Positions 30,459 to 42,442 of a stretch of 64,000 nucleotides of DNA are shown in pieces. The first letter of the stretch is position 1, and each line of letters opens with the position of its first letter. The translations under genes were made by a program, and so were the position numbers. This DNA is from Clostridia bacterium. Lineage in GTDB: Bacteria > Bacillota > Clostridia > UMGS1840. The DNA is taken from NCBI GenBank assembly GCA_045661305.1, contig JAZRFJ010000006.1, positions 14,375 through 78,374 on the forward strand. Reading direction: 5' to 3'. Below the pieces are notes generated by a model. The model saw only the letters and a program-made list of their open reading frames with translations. It made no database searches and had not been told where the DNA came from.

Positions 30459-30487
30459 TTGACAAGTTTCCTACGGTATGTTAATAT
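30459..30487 (+). promoter_or_regulatory. Sigma-A promoter (extended -10) of rpoB-rpoC
   Basis: TTGACA (30459-30464), a 17-nt spacer and TGtTAATAT (-10 at 30482-30487), with ~100 nt of A/T-tracts upstream. Confidence 0.65.
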
Positions 30488-30554
30488 TATAGAACGCATT
30501 TTAATGGGATAGTGTTTCCCTTTGGATGTTTAAAATAATAGAAGAGGTGATTTT

Positions 30555-33500
30555 GTGGTACATCCAGTCCGCTATGGTAATGTTGAGAGAATGAACTTCT
30601 CACATATAGAAAACGATTTGGATTTCCCTAATTTAATTGAAATTCAGAAGGATTCTTATGAGTGGTTTATAAATGAAGGATTGAAGGAAGTATTCGAGAG
30701 CGTTTCGCCAATAGTTGACCATGCCGACAAACTTTCGTTGGAGTTTGGTGAATACAGTTTTGATTCAAAACCTAAATATACGGTTGCTGAAGCAAAGCAA
30801 AGGGAGTCAACCTATTCTGTTCCGCTTCGTGTAGACATGCGTCTTATAAATAAAGAAACAGGCGAAGTAGAGGAACAAAAGATTTATATGGGAGAATTCC
30901 CGAAAATGACTGATGCAGGTACATTTATTATAAATGGCGCAGAAAGAGTTATTGTAAGTCAGGTTGTTCGTTCTCCAAGTGTATATTTTGAAATGCAGAG
31001 AGATAAATCGGGCAAACCCCTTTACTCATCAACCATGATTCCTAACCGTGGTGCATGGGTTGAGTTTGAGGCTGATTCAAGCGATGTTCTGTGGGTTCGT
31101 ATAGACAGAACAAGAAAGCTTATTGCAACTGTTCTTTTAAGAGCACTTGGTTATGCTACCAATCAGGAAATTGCTGAGTTGTTTAATAATGACCAGCTTA
31201 TTTTGAATACCTTAGAGAAGGATACCTCGAAAAATCCGCAGGAAGCTATTATTAAAATATATGAAAAATTACGACCGGGTGAGCCGGCATCATTTGAAAA
31301 TGCTGAGAAGCTTATTAAAGATTTATTCTTCGACCCTAAAAGATATGATATCGCAAGAGTAGGAAGATATAAATTTGATAAAAAACTTAATTTTTCACTC
31401 AGATGTAAGGGAAGAGTGCTTACTCAGGATGTTATTTGTCCGTTTACAGGCGAAGTTTTGGGAAGTAAAGGCGATGTAATCACTGCTGATATGGCAGAAA
31501 CCTTCGACCGTTCTCCTGTCAACTTCATATTTGTAAAAGGTGATGATGACAGTGAGGTTAAGATAATATCAAACAATACTTGTGATATTACTTATATATT
31601 CCCTGAAGCTGATACCAATATTATAAATGAAAAAGTTCATTACGGACTTTTAAAACCGATTCTTGAATCTGAAGAATTGGCAACCCAGGAAGATAAGCTT
31701 AATTTTATATATGAAAAGAAGCATACTCTTATAACAAGAACTGTAACTGTTGATGATATGGTTGCTACTGTAAACTATCATATTGCAATAATGCACGGTA
31801 TAGGAACAACAGATGATATCGACCACCTCGGCAACAGAAGAATCCGTTCAGTTGGTGAGCTTTTGCAGAATCAGGTTCGTGTAGGTCTTGCAAGACTTGA
31901 AAGAGTTGTAAGAGAAAGAATGACAATTCAGCAGGAAACAGAAAAGCTTACACCGCAGACACTTGTTAATGTAAGACCTGTTTATGCTGCCATGAAAGAG
32001 TTCTTCGGAAGTTCACAGCTTTCACAGTTCATGGACCAGACAAACCCTCTTGCAGAGCTTACACATAAGAGAAGACTTTCAGCTCTCGGACCTGGCGGTC
32101 TTTCAAGAGACAGAGCCGGATTTGAAGTGCGAGACGTTCACTATTCACATTACGGAAGAATGTGTCCTATCGAAACACCTGAAGGTCCTAACATCGGTCT
32201 TATTAACTGCTTGTCAACTTATGCAAAAATCAATAAATACGGATTTATGGAATCTCCGTACAGACGAGTTGACCAGAAAACAAAGAAAATTACAGATGAA
32301 ATTGAATATATGACAGCAGATGTAGAAGATAACTACATTGTTGCACAGGCAACCGAGCCTGTTGAAGACGGATTTTTCAAGAACGAAAAGGTTACAGCAA
32401 GATACAGAGAACAGATTTTAGAGGTAAACAGAGATAAGGTTGATTATGTCGATGTTTCCCCTAAACAGCTTGTGTCTGTTGCTACTGCTATGATTCCGTT
32501 CTTGGAAAACGATGATGCTAACCGTGCGCTCATGGGTTCTAACATGCAGCGTCAGGCAGTTCCGCTTCTTAAACCTGACAGCCCTATTGTAGGAACAGGT
32601 ATGGAATATAAGGCTGCTGTTGACTCCGGTGTTGTTGTCGTTGCAGATGTTGACGGTGTTGTTGAATCTGTAAGTGCAGACAGCGTTGTTGTCAAAGTAA
32701 AAGGCTCAAAAGAACCAAGAGTTTATGAGCTTATAAAATTCAAGCGTTCAAACCAGTCAACATGTATAAATCAAAGACCTGTTGTTAAAAAAGGCGACAA
32801 GGTTGTTAAAGGTAAAACCGTTATTGCTGACGGTCCTTCAACAGACAAGGGTGAAACTGCACTTGGTCAGAATGCGTTAATCGGATTTATGACATGGGAA
32901 GGTTATAACTACGAGGACGCTGTTCTTATTAACGAAAGACTTGTAAGAGATGATGTTTATACATCTATCCATATAGAAAAATATGAAATAGAAGCAAGAG
33001 ATACAAAGCTCGGACCTGAAGAAATCACAAGAGATATTCCAAATGTGGGTGAAGATGCTCTTAAAGACCTCGATGAAAGAGGTATTATCCGTATAGGTGC
33101 GGAAGTAAAACCGGGCGATGTGCTTGTAGGTAAGGTTTCACCTAAGGGCGAAACAGAGCTTACCAGCGAAGAAAGACTTCTTCGTGCAATCTTTGGTGAA
33201 AAAGCAAGAGAAGTAAGAGATACATCACTTCGTGTTCCTCACGGTGAGTGCGGTACAATCGTTGAAGTTAATGTATTTACAAGAGAAAACGGCGATGAAA
33301 TGTCTCCTGGTGTAAATATGATTGTAAGAATTCATATTGCACAGAAGAGAAAAATCTCTGTCGGAGATAAGATGGCAGGCCGTCACGGTAACAAGGGTGT
33401 TATTTCAAGGGTACTTCCTGAAGAAGATATGCCGTATTTACCAGACGGAAGACCGCTTGACATCGTTCTTAACCCTCTTGGCGTTCCTTCTCGTATGAAT

Positions 33501-34496
33501 ATCGGTCAGGTGCTTGAAGTTCATCTTGGTATGGCTGCAAAGACACTTGGCTGGAAAATCGCAACACCTGCTTTTGACGGTGCTGTGGAAAGTGATATTG
33601 TTGATTGCTTCGAGCAGGCAAATCTTATTTTACCTGAGGGCGAGCATATAGGATATAACGAAGAAAAGCTTCCTGAGTATGAGGCTGCAAAGGCTGAATA
33701 CGAAAAAATGAAGAAGGATTTTGATAAGAAAAAATCAAAGCTTGATGCAAAAGAAATTGAAAAGCTTGGAGCAGAACTTGAGCTTAAAGAAATACAGCTT
33801 AAAGAGTTAAAAGGCGAGGTTTATGACGGTAAGACAGTTCTTTATGACGGAAGAACAGGTGAGCCGTTTGACCACCGTGTAACAGTAGGATATATGTACT
33901 TCTTAAAGCTTCATCACCTTGTTGATGATAAAATCCATGCAAGATCAACAGGACCATATTCACTTGTAACTCAGCAACCACTTGGCGGTAAAGCGCAGTT
34001 TGGTGGTCAGAGATTCGGTGAAATGGAAGTTTGGGCACTTGAAGCTTACGGTGCTGCATACACCTTGCAGGAAATACTCACAGTTAAATCCGATGATATT
34101 GTGGGAAGAGTAAAAACCTATGAATCAATCGTAAAGGGTGTTAATATACCAAAACCGGGTATTCCTGAATCATTTAAGGTTCTTATTAAGGAATTACAGT
34201 CATTGGGACTCAACATCAAGGTTTATGATAAAGAAGAAAACGAAATCAGCTTAAAGGACACTTACGACCAGGATGACGAGCCAAGATTGCTCGCGAAACC
34301 AATTAAGGATGAAGACGATATGCTCGATACAATAACAGATGAGCATGATGAGTCTGATGATGAAGATGCAGATATAGCTGATATCATGGATGCCCAAATT
34401 ATTGATGATGAAATGTTTGAAGAAGCACAGGATTCTGAAGAGTTTTTGGATGACAATGAAAGCATTGATGATATTTTGGATAACCTTGATGAATAA
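30555..34496 (+). CDS. rpoB: DNA-directed RNA polymerase subunit beta
   Basis: 1313 aa with a GTG start and conserved blocks ([84 protein letters not shown]). It has lineage-specific inserts and a long acidic tail. Confidence 0.98.
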   Translation: MVHPVRYGNVERMNFSHIENDLDFPNLIEIQKDSYEWFINEGLKEVFESVSPIVDHADKLSLEFGEYSFDSKPKYTVAEAKQRESTYSVPLRVDMRLINKETGEVEEQKIYMGEFPKMTDAGTFIINGAERVIVSQVVRSPSVYFEMQRDKSGKPLYSSTMIPNRGAWVEFEADSSDVLWVRIDRTRKLIATVLLRALGYATNQEIAELFNNDQLILNTLEKDTSKNPQEAIIKIYEKLRPGEPASFENAEKLIKDLFFDPKRYDIARVGRYKFDKKLNFSLRCKGRVLTQDVICPFTGEVLGSKGDVITADMAETFDRSPVNFIFVKGDDDSEVKIISNNTCDITYIFPEADTNIINEKVHYGLLKPILESEELATQEDKLNFIYEKKHTLITRTVTVDDMVATVNYHIAIMHGIGTTDDIDHLGNRRIRSVGELLQNQVRVGLARLERVVRERMTIQQETEKLTPQTLVNVRPVYAAMKEFFGSSQLSQFMDQTNPLAELTHKRRLSALGPGGLSRDRAGFEVRDVHYSHYGRMCPIETPEGPNIGLINCLSTYAKINKYGFMESPYRRVDQKTKKITDEIEYMTADVEDNYIVAQATEPVEDGFFKNEKVTARYREQILEVNRDKVDYVDVSPKQLVSVATAMIPFLENDDANRALMGSNMQRQAVPLLKPDSPIVGTGMEYKAAVDSGVVVVADVDGVVESVSADSVVVKVKGSKEPRVYELIKFKRSNQSTCINQRPVVKKGDKVVKGKTVIADGPSTDKGETALGQNALIGFMTWEGYNYEDAVLINERLVRDDVYTSIHIEKYEIEARDTKLGPEEITRDIPNVGEDALKDLDERGIIRIGAEVKPGDVLVGKVSPKGETELTSEERLLRAIFGEKAREVRDTSLRVPHGECGTIVEVNVFTRENGDEMSPGVNMIVRIHIAQKRKISVGDKMAGRHGNKGVISRVLPEEDMPYLPDGRPLDIVLNPLGVPSRMNIGQVLEVHLGMAAKTLGWKIATPAFDGAVESDIVDCFEQANLILPEGEHIGYNEEKLPEYEAAKAEYEKMKKDFDKKKSKLDAKEIEKLGAELELKEIQLKELKGEVYDGKTVLYDGRTGEPFDHRVTVGYMYFLKLHHLVDDKIHARSTGPYSLVTQQPLGGKAQFGGQRFGEMEVWALEAYGAAYTLQEILTVKSDDIVGRVKTYESIVKGVNIPKPGIPESFKVLIKELQSLGLNIKVYDKEENEISLKDTYDQDDEPRLLAKPIKDEDDMLDTITDEHDESDDEDADIADIMDAQIIDDEMFEEAQDSEEFLDDNESIDDILDNLDE

Positions 34497-34538
34497 TCAA
34501 CGAAAACTTGTTTTAAAAAAAGTAAAGGATGATGAAAA

Positions 34539-37500
34539 ATGGGAGCAGATATAAGTATAAATAAGAATACTACTTCTCAGGTAGTAAATCCCGAAAATTC
34601 AATTCAGTTCAACGACTTTGATTCCATAAAGGTTGGTCTTTGTTCTCCTGAAGATGTATATAGCTGGTCATACGGTGAGGTTAAAAAACCGGAGACAATC
34701 AATTACAGAACTCAGAAGCCTGAAAAGGACGGTCTTTTCTGTGAACGCATTTTCGGACCGCAACGCGACTGGGAATGTCATTGCGGTAAATACAAAAGAA
34801 TAAGATATAAAGGTGTAGTCTGCGATAAGTGCGGAGTTGAGGTTACAAAATCAAAGGTAAGAAGAGAGAGAATGGGACACATTACTCTTGCTACACCTGT
34901 ATCTCATATATGGTATTTCAAAGGAATACCTTCAAAAATGGGTCTACTTCTTGATATTTCTCCGAAGCATTTAGAGAATGTTCTCTACTTTGCTTCTTAC
35001 ATCGTAACAGAAGTTAAGAGCTCAAAGGTTGACCTCAAGGTTAATCAGGTTCTTAATGAGGCTGAATACAGAGAAGCTAAGGATAAATACGGAGATAAGT
35101 TTGAGGCAGGCATGGGAGCTGAGGCTGTTCGTAAGCTTCTTATGAACATCGACCTTAATGAGCTTTCAAAAGAACTTAAAAAGAGCATAGAAAAAACAAA
35201 TATGCAGGGACAGAAGAGAACAAAGCTTAACAAGCGTTTAGAGGCTGTTGAGTCTTTCAGACTTTCAGGAAACAGACCTGAATGGATGATTTTAACTGTT
35301 CTTCCTGTTATCCCGCCTGATTTAAGACCAATGGTTCAGCTTGACGGCGGAAGATTTGCCGCTTCTGACCTTAACGATCTTTACAGAAGAGTTATAAACA
35401 GAAATAACAGACTTAAAAAGCTTCTTGAATTAAGCGCACCTGACATTATTGTAAGAAATGAAAAAAGAATGCTTCAGGAAGCTGTTGACGCACTTATTGA
35501 TAACGGTAGAAGAGGAAAACCTGTTACAGGTCCCGGAAACAGACCGCTTAAATCACTTTCAGACCTGTTAAAAGGTAAGCAGGGTCGTTTCAGACAGAAT
35601 CTTCTCGGTAAGCGTGTTGACTACTCCGGACGTTCTGTTATCGTTGTAGGACCTGAACTTAAAATTTATCAGTGCGGTCTTCCAAAAGAAATGGCATTAG
35701 AGCTTTTCAAACCGTTTGTTATGAAAAAGCTTCATGATTCGGGAAAAGCACACAATATAAAATCTGCCAAGAGAATGGTAGAAAGAGTAAAAGACGAAGT
35801 ATGGGATGTGTTAGCTGAGGTTATAAAAGAACACCCTGTTCTTCTTAACCGTGCACCTACACTTCACAGACTTGGTATTCAGGCATTTGAACCTGTTTTG
35901 GTTGAGGGCCGTGCGATAAGACTTCACCCACTCGTATGTACAGCGTATAATGCTGACTTCGACGGTGACCAGATGGCTGTCCATGTACCTTTGAGTGCAG
36001 AAGCGCAGGCAGAAGCAAGATTCTTGATGCTTTCTGCAAACAACCTCTTAAAACCGCAGGATGGTAAGCCGGTAACAGTTCCTACACAGGATATGATTCT
36101 CGGAAGTTATTATCTTACAATTCAGATAGACGACGAAATCGGAAACGGAAAGATTTTCTCAGATGTTGACGATGCCCGTCTTGCTTACGAAAATGGAATT
36201 GTGGGACTCCATGCACCGATTAAGGTTCGTGTATCAAAGACAGACGAAGAGACAGGCGAAACTGTTTCAGGTCTTATTGATACAACAGTCGGAAGACTTA
36301 TCTTTAACAGCTATATTCCGCAGGACCTCGGCTTTGTTGACAGAACAAATCCTGAAAATATATTAAAACCTGAAGTTGACTTCAAGGTTGGTAAAAAACA
36401 GCTTGGTCAGATTATTGAGAAATGTATTGAAATTCATGGTATAACCGATACAGCTGAAGTGCTTGATGCTATTAAGGCAAACGGTTACAAATACTCAACA
36501 AGAGGTGCAATCACAGTAAGTATTTCTGATATGAAAGTACCTACTGTTAAGAAAAAATACATTTCTGAAACAGAAAAAGAAATCAAGAGAGTTGAAGCAT
36601 TATATAACCGTGGTATCCTCACTGATGATGACAGATATAACGCAGTTATTAAGCTTTGGTCAGCAACAATAGATAAGGTTACAGACGCTCTTATGGACGA
36701 TGATAACCTTACAGAAACAAACCCTATAAGAATGATGGCTGATTCAGGTGCCCGTGGTAGTAAAAACCAGATCAGACAGCTTGCAGGTATGCGTGGTCTT
36801 ATGGCTGATACACAGGGTAACACAGTTGAACTTCCTATCAAATCTAACTTCCGTGAAGGTCTTAATGTACTTGAATACTTTATTTCTTCTCACGGTGCCC
36901 GTAAAGGTTTGGCTGATACAGCGCTCAGAACTGCTGACTCAGGTTACCTTACAAGAAGACTTGTTGATGTATCACAGGATGTTATTATCAAGGAAATGGA
37001 TGCGGACTCACATCATAAGCATGATACAGACAGTGACATAATAGACCTTAACGATTGCGGAACAAGAGACGGTCTCAGAGTTGAAGGAATAGAAGGTATT
37101 GAGCCACTTTCCGAAAGACTTATCGGTCGTTATCCGCTTAACCCTATCGTTCATCCGGAAACAGGTGAAGTTCTTTGCGACACAGATACTATTATTGATA
37201 TTAAGCTTGCAAAGAAAATTGAGGAAAGCGGTATAGAATCAGTTGTAATCCGTTCAGTTCTCGGTTGTGATGCAAAGGTTGGTGTTTGTGCTAAATGTTA
37301 CGGTGCAGACCTTGCAAGCGGAGATTACAAGCATCCGATTGCTCCTGGTGTTTCAGTTGGTATCATCGCAGCTCAGTCAATCGGTGAGCCTGGTACACAG
37401 CTTACAATGAGAACATTCCATACCGGTGGTGTTGCCGGCGGCGATATCACTCAAGGTTTGCCAAGGGTTGAAGAGCTTTTTGAAGCAAGAAAACCAAAAG

Positions 37501-38513
37501 GATGTGCAGAGGTTTCAGAAATAAGCGGTACTGTTACTATAAATACAGACCAGAACAACCGTGAGGTTACAGTTACTTCCGATGACGGAGAGGTTAAGAT
37601 TTACAAACCATCTTACGCTTCTAAAATTATCGTTGGAGATAAAATCGAAGCCGGTGACCCAATCACAGAAGGTCCGCTTAATCCGCATGATATATTAAGA
37701 CTTAAAGGTAAATTCAAGGTTTGGGAATATATGATTTCAGAGGTACAGAAGGTTTACAGACTCCAGGGTGTTGAAATCAACGACAAGCATATTGAAGTTA
37801 TCGTTCGTCAGATGATGAGAAAGTTCAAAATCGAAGACAGCGGAGATACAAAGCTTCTTACAGATTCATATACAGATATGGTTGAGCTTAAGAGCGAAAA
37901 TCAGAAAATTGCAGATTACAACAAGAAACTTATTGAAGAATACAATGTTGAGCCTACAATGTTTACAAAAGAGTGGATTGTTGATACTGTTGCAAACTGG
38001 GAAATGATTGATGCAGGTATAGATGCTGAAACAAAAGGACTTGTTACAGAAATCAAATCAATCGGGGATAACGCATGGAGTGCGGCGGTTATTGATGATG
38101 AAACAGGTGAAGTTAATGCAGTTTCATTCTCACTTGACGATGAAGGTAAGTTAAAATCCTTTACATGTGATTGTGCAGAAGAAGGCGACAAAGAGCCTTG
38201 CTCACATTTAAGCGCACTCTTTGAAGCATTGCGTACTAAGAAACCTGCTGAAGGTGCAACAACACTTCTTGGTATAACAAAGGCTGCCTTGGCAACAGAT
38301 TCTTTCTTGTCTGCTGCTTCTTTCCAGGAAACTACAAAGGTTCTTACAGATGCGGCAATCAAAGGAAAAGTAGACCCGCTTAACGGTCTTAAAGAAAATG
38401 TTATTATCGGTAAGCTTATTCCTGCAGGAACAGGTATGGAACTTTATCAGAGAACACAGGTTTCGGAGGATAGTGAACCTGTATCGGAAGAAAAAAGTGC
38501 ATCTAACGAATAA
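34539..38513 (+). CDS. rpoC: DNA-directed RNA polymerase subunit beta-prime
   Basis: 1324 aa with the Zn-binding CxC..CxxC, the catalytic NADFDGDQM, the trigger loop ([16 protein letters not shown]) and [23 protein letters not shown]. It contains an extra ~105-aa insert with a CxCx8CxH motif. Confidence 0.98.
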   Translation: MGADISINKNTTSQVVNPENSIQFNDFDSIKVGLCSPEDVYSWSYGEVKKPETINYRTQKPEKDGLFCERIFGPQRDWECHCGKYKRIRYKGVVCDKCGVEVTKSKVRRERMGHITLATPVSHIWYFKGIPSKMGLLLDISPKHLENVLYFASYIVTEVKSSKVDLKVNQVLNEAEYREAKDKYGDKFEAGMGAEAVRKLLMNIDLNELSKELKKSIEKTNMQGQKRTKLNKRLEAVESFRLSGNRPEWMILTVLPVIPPDLRPMVQLDGGRFAASDLNDLYRRVINRNNRLKKLLELSAPDIIVRNEKRMLQEAVDALIDNGRRGKPVTGPGNRPLKSLSDLLKGKQGRFRQNLLGKRVDYSGRSVIVVGPELKIYQCGLPKEMALELFKPFVMKKLHDSGKAHNIKSAKRMVERVKDEVWDVLAEVIKEHPVLLNRAPTLHRLGIQAFEPVLVEGRAIRLHPLVCTAYNADFDGDQMAVHVPLSAEAQAEARFLMLSANNLLKPQDGKPVTVPTQDMILGSYYLTIQIDDEIGNGKIFSDVDDARLAYENGIVGLHAPIKVRVSKTDEETGETVSGLIDTTVGRLIFNSYIPQDLGFVDRTNPENILKPEVDFKVGKKQLGQIIEKCIEIHGITDTAEVLDAIKANGYKYSTRGAITVSISDMKVPTVKKKYISETEKEIKRVEALYNRGILTDDDRYNAVIKLWSATIDKVTDALMDDDNLTETNPIRMMADSGARGSKNQIRQLAGMRGLMADTQGNTVELPIKSNFREGLNVLEYFISSHGARKGLADTALRTADSGYLTRRLVDVSQDVIIKEMDADSHHKHDTDSDIIDLNDCGTRDGLRVEGIEGIEPLSERLIGRYPLNPIVHPETGEVLCDTDTIIDIKLAKKIEESGIESVVIRSVLGCDAKVGVCAKCYGADLASGDYKHPIAPGVSVGIIAAQSIGEPGTQLTMRTFHTGGVAGGDITQGLPRVEELFEARKPKGCAEVSEISGTVTINTDQNNREVTVTSDDGEVKIYKPSYASKIIVGDKIEAGDPITEGPLNPHDILRLKGKFKVWEYMISEVQKVYRLQGVEINDKHIEVIVRQMMRKFKIEDSGDTKLLTDSYTDMVELKSENQKIADYNKKLIEEYNVEPTMFTKEWIVDTVANWEMIDAGIDAETKGLVTEIKSIGDNAWSAAVIDDETGEVNAVSFSLDDEGKLKSFTCDCAEEGDKEPCSHLSALFEALRTKKPAEGATTLLGITKAALATDSFLSAASFQETTKVLTDAAIKGKVDPLNGLKENVIIGKLIPAGTGMELYQRTQVSEDSEPVSEEKSASNE

Positions 38514-38549
38514 AATAACAAATACAATTTTTAAAATTGTAAAAAACTA

Positions 38550-38578
38550 TTGACAAAATTTAAAAATGGTGTTATTAT
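38550..38578 (+). promoter_or_regulatory. Sigma-A promoter (extended -10) upstream of L7Ae-rpsL-rpsG-fusA-tuf
   Basis: TTGACA (38550-38555), a 17-nt spacer and TGtTATTAT (-10 at 38573-38578). Confidence 0.6.
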
Positions 38579-38657
38579 TAGTGGTAGACTTGGGTAATAT
38601 TGTTTTGCCCGAGTCCGCCATTGTAATATCACATAATATACGGAGTGTAATTGATTT

Positions 38658-38903
38658 ATGAATTCTGACCTATCTGGCCAACGGCTTTTTGTTGGGATTA
38701 AACAGGCAACTAAGGCTGTTAAAACAGGAAGAGCAGTTAAGGCTTATGTTGCAAACGGTGTTGAGATGAAGATGAGAAATGCTTTTGTTAAGCTTTGTAA
38801 ATTAAATGGTGTTTCTCTTGAAGTTGTCAAGAGTGCAGATGAGCTTGGTGCTATGTGCGGCATTGAGGTTGCAGCTTCAGTAGCGGCAGTAGCCGAAAAC
38901 TGA
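38658..38903 (+). CDS. L7Ae/L30e/S12e/Gadd45 family ribosome-associated protein (YbxF/RplGB-like)
   Basis: 81 aa in the conserved Firmicutes position between rpoC and rpsL, with the pattern VGIKQATKAVKTG...ELGAMCGIEVAASVAAV. Confidence 0.88.
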   Translation: MNSDLSGQRLFVGIKQATKAVKTGRAVKAYVANGVEMKMRNAFVKLCKLNGVSLEVVKSADELGAMCGIEVAASVAAVAEN

Positions 38904-39109
38904 TTTTTTGTTATAATATTTTAAAATCAATTAAACATTTTTTGGAAAAACAAAAAATTTAAGTTAAATAAAGTATTAAGGCAAACATTAATAAAGTTTA
39001 TTTTAAAAAATAGCTTTGTGTTTGTTTTTGTGCGTGTTTTTGATGAAATTTTTTTCATTGAAAACAGGTGTAAAAAAATGCCTGAAATAAAAAAAGAAAG
39101 GAGAAAATC

Positions 39110-39535
39110 ATGCCTACATTTTCACAGTTAGTAAGAAAAGGAAGAGCAGTTTCTGTTTCCAAATCTACAGCTCCTGCTTTGCAGAAGGGACTTAATACTC
39201 TTAAAAAAGAAGCTACTGATATCAGTGCTCCACAGAAAAGAGGAGTTTGTACAGTTGTTAAAACAATGACACCTAAAAAGCCTAACTCAGCTCTTAGAAA
39301 AATGGCCAGAGTAAGACTTACAAACGGTATCGAAGTTTCAGCTTACATTCCGGGAATAGGACACAATCTTCAGGAACACAGTGTTGTTATGATAAGAGGC
39401 GGAAGAGTAAAAGACCTCCCTGGTGTAAGATATCACATCATCAGAGGAACACTTGATGCTCAGGGTGTTGCAAACCGTAATCAGTCAAGATCTAAATACG
39501 GTGCAAAGAGACCTAAAAAAGCTGCTGCTAAATAA
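39110..39535 (+). CDS. rpsL: 30S ribosomal protein S12
   Basis: [12 protein letters not shown]...[11 protein letters not shown]...[14 protein letters not shown]. Confidence 0.98.
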   Translation: MPTFSQLVRKGRAVSVSKSTAPALQKGLNTLKKEATDISAPQKRGVCTVVKTMTPKKPNSALRKMARVRLTNGIEVSAYIPGIGHNLQEHSVVMIRGGRVKDLPGVRYHIIRGTLDAQGVANRNQSRSKYGAKRPKKAAAK

Positions 39536-39742
39536 TAACGCGTTTTTGCAGATATTTAAGTCTGCATAGAGTTTATGAAATTTTCATTCGTACTTTGTAC
39601 GAAAATTGCGTGAAAACGCAAAAAAATTTAATAGTGCAGGTACGGATTTATATATAAAGGTTCGTTCAGCACTAACAATGAAACAAAGGGTTTCGTTGAG
39701 TACCCGATAAAAATTGTTTATCCTTAGAAAGGGGGAAGTACA

Positions 39743-40213
39743 GTGCCAAGAAGAGGTAATGTAGTAAAAAGAGATGTTTTGCCAGATCCATTGTACAATG
39801 ATAAGATTGTTACAAGACTTATCAACAATATAATGCTTGACGGTAAAAAAGGCGTAGCTCAGAAAATAGTTTATGACGCTTTTGAAATAATCGGTGAAAA
39901 AACAGGAAAAAATCCATTGGATGTATTTATTGAAGCAATGGAAAATGTTATGCCTGTTTTAGAAGTTAAAGCCCGCAGAGTTGGCGGTGCAACATATCAG
40001 GTTCCTATCGATGTAAGACCTGAAAGAAGACAGACATTAGGCTTAAGATGGATTACTCTCTATTCAAGACAGAGAAGCGAGAGAACTATGAAAGAAAGAC
40101 TCGCAAATGAAATCTTAGACGCTCTTAACAGCACAGGTGGCTCAGTTAAGAGAAGAGATGAAATGCACAAAATGGCTGAAGCTAACAAGGCATTCTCTCA
40201 TTACAGATTCTAA
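39743..40213 (+). CDS. rpsG: 30S ribosomal protein S7
   Basis: GTG start; [19 protein letters not shown]...[15 protein letters not shown]. Confidence 0.97.
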   Translation: MPRRGNVVKRDVLPDPLYNDKIVTRLINNIMLDGKKGVAQKIVYDAFEIIGEKTGKNPLDVFIEAMENVMPVLEVKARRVGGATYQVPIDVRPERRQTLGLRWITLYSRQRSERTMKERLANEILDALNSTGGSVKRRDEMHKMAEANKAFSHYRF

Positions 40214-40285
40214 TAAAATCTGTCTTTTGTGCGGTTTTAAATTCGCACACTATAGGTTAACATTATAGAAAGGAGTGTTATCAAA

Positions 40286-42373
40286 GTGGCTAGAGAATAT
40301 AGCTTGGAAAAAACAAGAAATATCGGTATCATGGCTCACATTGATGCTGGTAAAACAACAACAAGTGAAAGAATTTTGTTCTATACAGGTGTAAACCACA
40401 AGCTTGGTGAAACACACGAAGGCGGCGCTACAATGGACTGGATGGCTCAGGAAAAAGAAAGAGGTATCACAATTACTTCTGCCGCTACAACATGTTTCTG
40501 GAACAATAACAGAATAAACCTCATTGATACACCGGGACACGTTGACTTTACAGTAGAAGTTCAGCGTTCACTCCGTGTACTTGACGGTTCTGTTACAGTA
40601 TTTTGTGCAAAAGGCGGTGTTGAACCTCAGAGTGAAACTGTTTGGAGACAGGCAGACGACTATAAGGTTCCGAGAATGGCTTTTGTAAACAAAATGGATA
40701 TTATGGGTGCTGATTTCTACAATGTTGTCAGCATGATGAAGGACAGACTTGGCTGTAATGCCGTTCCGATTCAGCTCCCTATCGGTGCAGAAGAAACATT
40801 CAAGGGAATTATTGACCTTGTTGAAATGAATGCACATGTTTATTATGATGATTTGGGAAAAGACCTCAGAATTGAGGAAATTCCTGCAGATATGATGGAC
40901 AAGGCTGAAGAATACAGAGAAAATTTATTAGAAGCTGTTTCTGAACTTGACGATGAGCTTATGGAAAAATACCTCGGCGGTGAAGAAATAACTTCTGCTG
41001 AAATTAAAAAAGCAATCAGAAAAGGAACAATCGATAATGCTATCGTTCCTGTACTTTGCGGAACAGCTTACAGAAATAAGGGTGTACAGCTCTTACTCGA
41101 TGCTATCATCGACTTCATGCCTGCTCCAACTGATGTTGCTAATATCAAAGGTGTTGATGTTGACACAGATGAAGAGGTTGAAGTTATGTCAACTGATGAC
41201 GGCCCATTTGCAGCTTTGGCATTCAAAATTGCAACTGACCCGTTTGTTGGTAAATTATGCTTCTTCAGAGTTTACCGTGGTACTTTAGAGGCAGGCTCAG
41301 GCGTTCTTAATGCTTCAAAAGGCAATAAAGAAAGAATCGGCCGTATCCTTCAGATGCACGCTAACTCAAGAACAGATATAGATAAAGTTTATGCAGGTGA
41401 TATCGCTGCTGCTGTTGGTCTTAAGAACACAACAACAGGTGATACACTTTGTGACGAAGCACATCCTGTAATCTTAGAGTCTATGGAATTCCCGGAACCT
41501 GTTATCAGAGTTGCGATTGAGCCAAAGACTAAAGCAGGTCAGGAAAAAATGGGTATCGCTCTTGCAAAACTTGCAGAAGAAGACCCAACATTCCAGACTT
41601 ATACAGATGAAGAAACAGGACAGACTATTATCGCAGGTATGGGTGAGCTTCACCTCGAAATCATCGTTGACAGACTTTTAAGAGAATTCAAAGTTGAAGC
41701 TGATGTTGGTAAACCTCAGGTTTCATACAAAGAAACAATCAGAAAAGCTGTTGATGTTGAACAGAAATATGCTCGTCAGTCCGGTGGTAAAGGTCAGTAC
41801 GGTCATGTTAAAATTACAGTTGAACCGCAGGAACCAGGATTTGGTTATCAGTTCGAAAACAAAATCGTTGGTGGTGCTATTCCAAAAGAATACATTCCTG
41901 CTGTTGACGCAGGTATCCAGGGTGCTATGCAGGCCGGTGTACTTGCAGGCTACAATGTAGTTGACGTTAAGGTAACACTTTATGATGGTTCATACCACGA
42001 AGTTGACTCATCTGAAATGGCATTTAAGATTGCCGGTTCTATGGCTTTCAAAGATGCTTGCAGAAAAGGTGACGCGGTACTTTTAGAGCCTATCATGAAG
42101 GTAGTAGTTATCGTTCCTGAAGATTACATGGGTGATGTTATGGGTGACCTTAACTCACGTCGTGGACAGATTCAGGGTATGGAAGCAAGAAACGGCGGTG
42201 TTCAGTGTATCACAGCTCATGTTCCGCTTTCAGAAATGTTTGGTTATGCAACAGACTTAAGATCAAGAACTCAGGGTAGAGGACAGTACACAATGGAACC
42301 GTCACACTTTGAAGAAGTTCCAAGATCTATTGCAGAAAAAATTATTTCTTCAAGAACAAAATCTGAAGAATAA
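40286..42373 (+). CDS. fusA: Elongation factor G (canonical)
   Basis: GTG start; [32 protein letters not shown]. Confidence 0.98.
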   Translation: MAREYSLEKTRNIGIMAHIDAGKTTTSERILFYTGVNHKLGETHEGGATMDWMAQEKERGITITSAATTCFWNNNRINLIDTPGHVDFTVEVQRSLRVLDGSVTVFCAKGGVEPQSETVWRQADDYKVPRMAFVNKMDIMGADFYNVVSMMKDRLGCNAVPIQLPIGAEETFKGIIDLVEMNAHVYYDDLGKDLRIEEIPADMMDKAEEYRENLLEAVSELDDELMEKYLGGEEITSAEIKKAIRKGTIDNAIVPVLCGTAYRNKGVQLLLDAIIDFMPAPTDVANIKGVDVDTDEEVEVMSTDDGPFAALAFKIATDPFVGKLCFFRVYRGTLEAGSGVLNASKGNKERIGRILQMHANSRTDIDKVYAGDIAAAVGLKNTTTGDTLCDEAHPVILESMEFPEPVIRVAIEPKTKAGQEKMGIALAKLAEEDPTFQTYTDEETGQTIIAGMGELHLEIIVDRLLREFKVEADVGKPQVSYKETIRKAVDVEQKYARQSGGKGQYGHVKITVEPQEPGFGYQFENKIVGGAIPKEYIPAVDAGIQGAMQAGVLAGYNVVDVKVTLYDGSYHEVDSSEMAFKIAGSMAFKDACRKGDAVLLEPIMKVVVIVPEDYMGDVMGDLNSRRGQIQGMEARNGGVQCITAHVPLSEMFGYATDLRSRTQGRGQYTMEPSHFEEVPRSIAEKIISSRTKSEE

Positions 42374-42442
42374 AACAGTTTAAAAAATTATTATATACTA
42401 AAAAAGAGTGCCATGTGCACTGAAAATTAGGAGGAAACGAAA

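Noticed and set aside
37916-38362. A 148-aa ORF antisense to the rpoC insert. Similar long antisense ORFs occur at 664..1083, 10025..10474, 18799..19317, 36485..36841, 49593..49913 and 54268..54648.
   Set aside because: All lie fully inside strongly supported genes on the other strand. They have no RBS and low-complexity Ser/Leu/Ile-rich translations. They are explained by codon bias of the sense gene suppressing stop codons in the antisense frame.
38579-38657. Possible K-turn autoregulatory site for the L7Ae-family protein in its own leader (hairpin GACTTGGG/CCCGAGTC).
   Set aside because: I could not identify the tandem sheared G-A pairs and 3-nt bulge that define a K-turn. The GA dinucleotides present are consumed in Watson-Crick pairing.
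39078-39131. A 17-codon uORF ([17 protein letters not shown]) with an AGGTG 7 nt upstream, overlapping the rpsL RBS and start in another frame.
   Set aside because: It is short, has no recognisable product and cannot be tested for conservation here. It may be a chance ATG in an A-rich leader.
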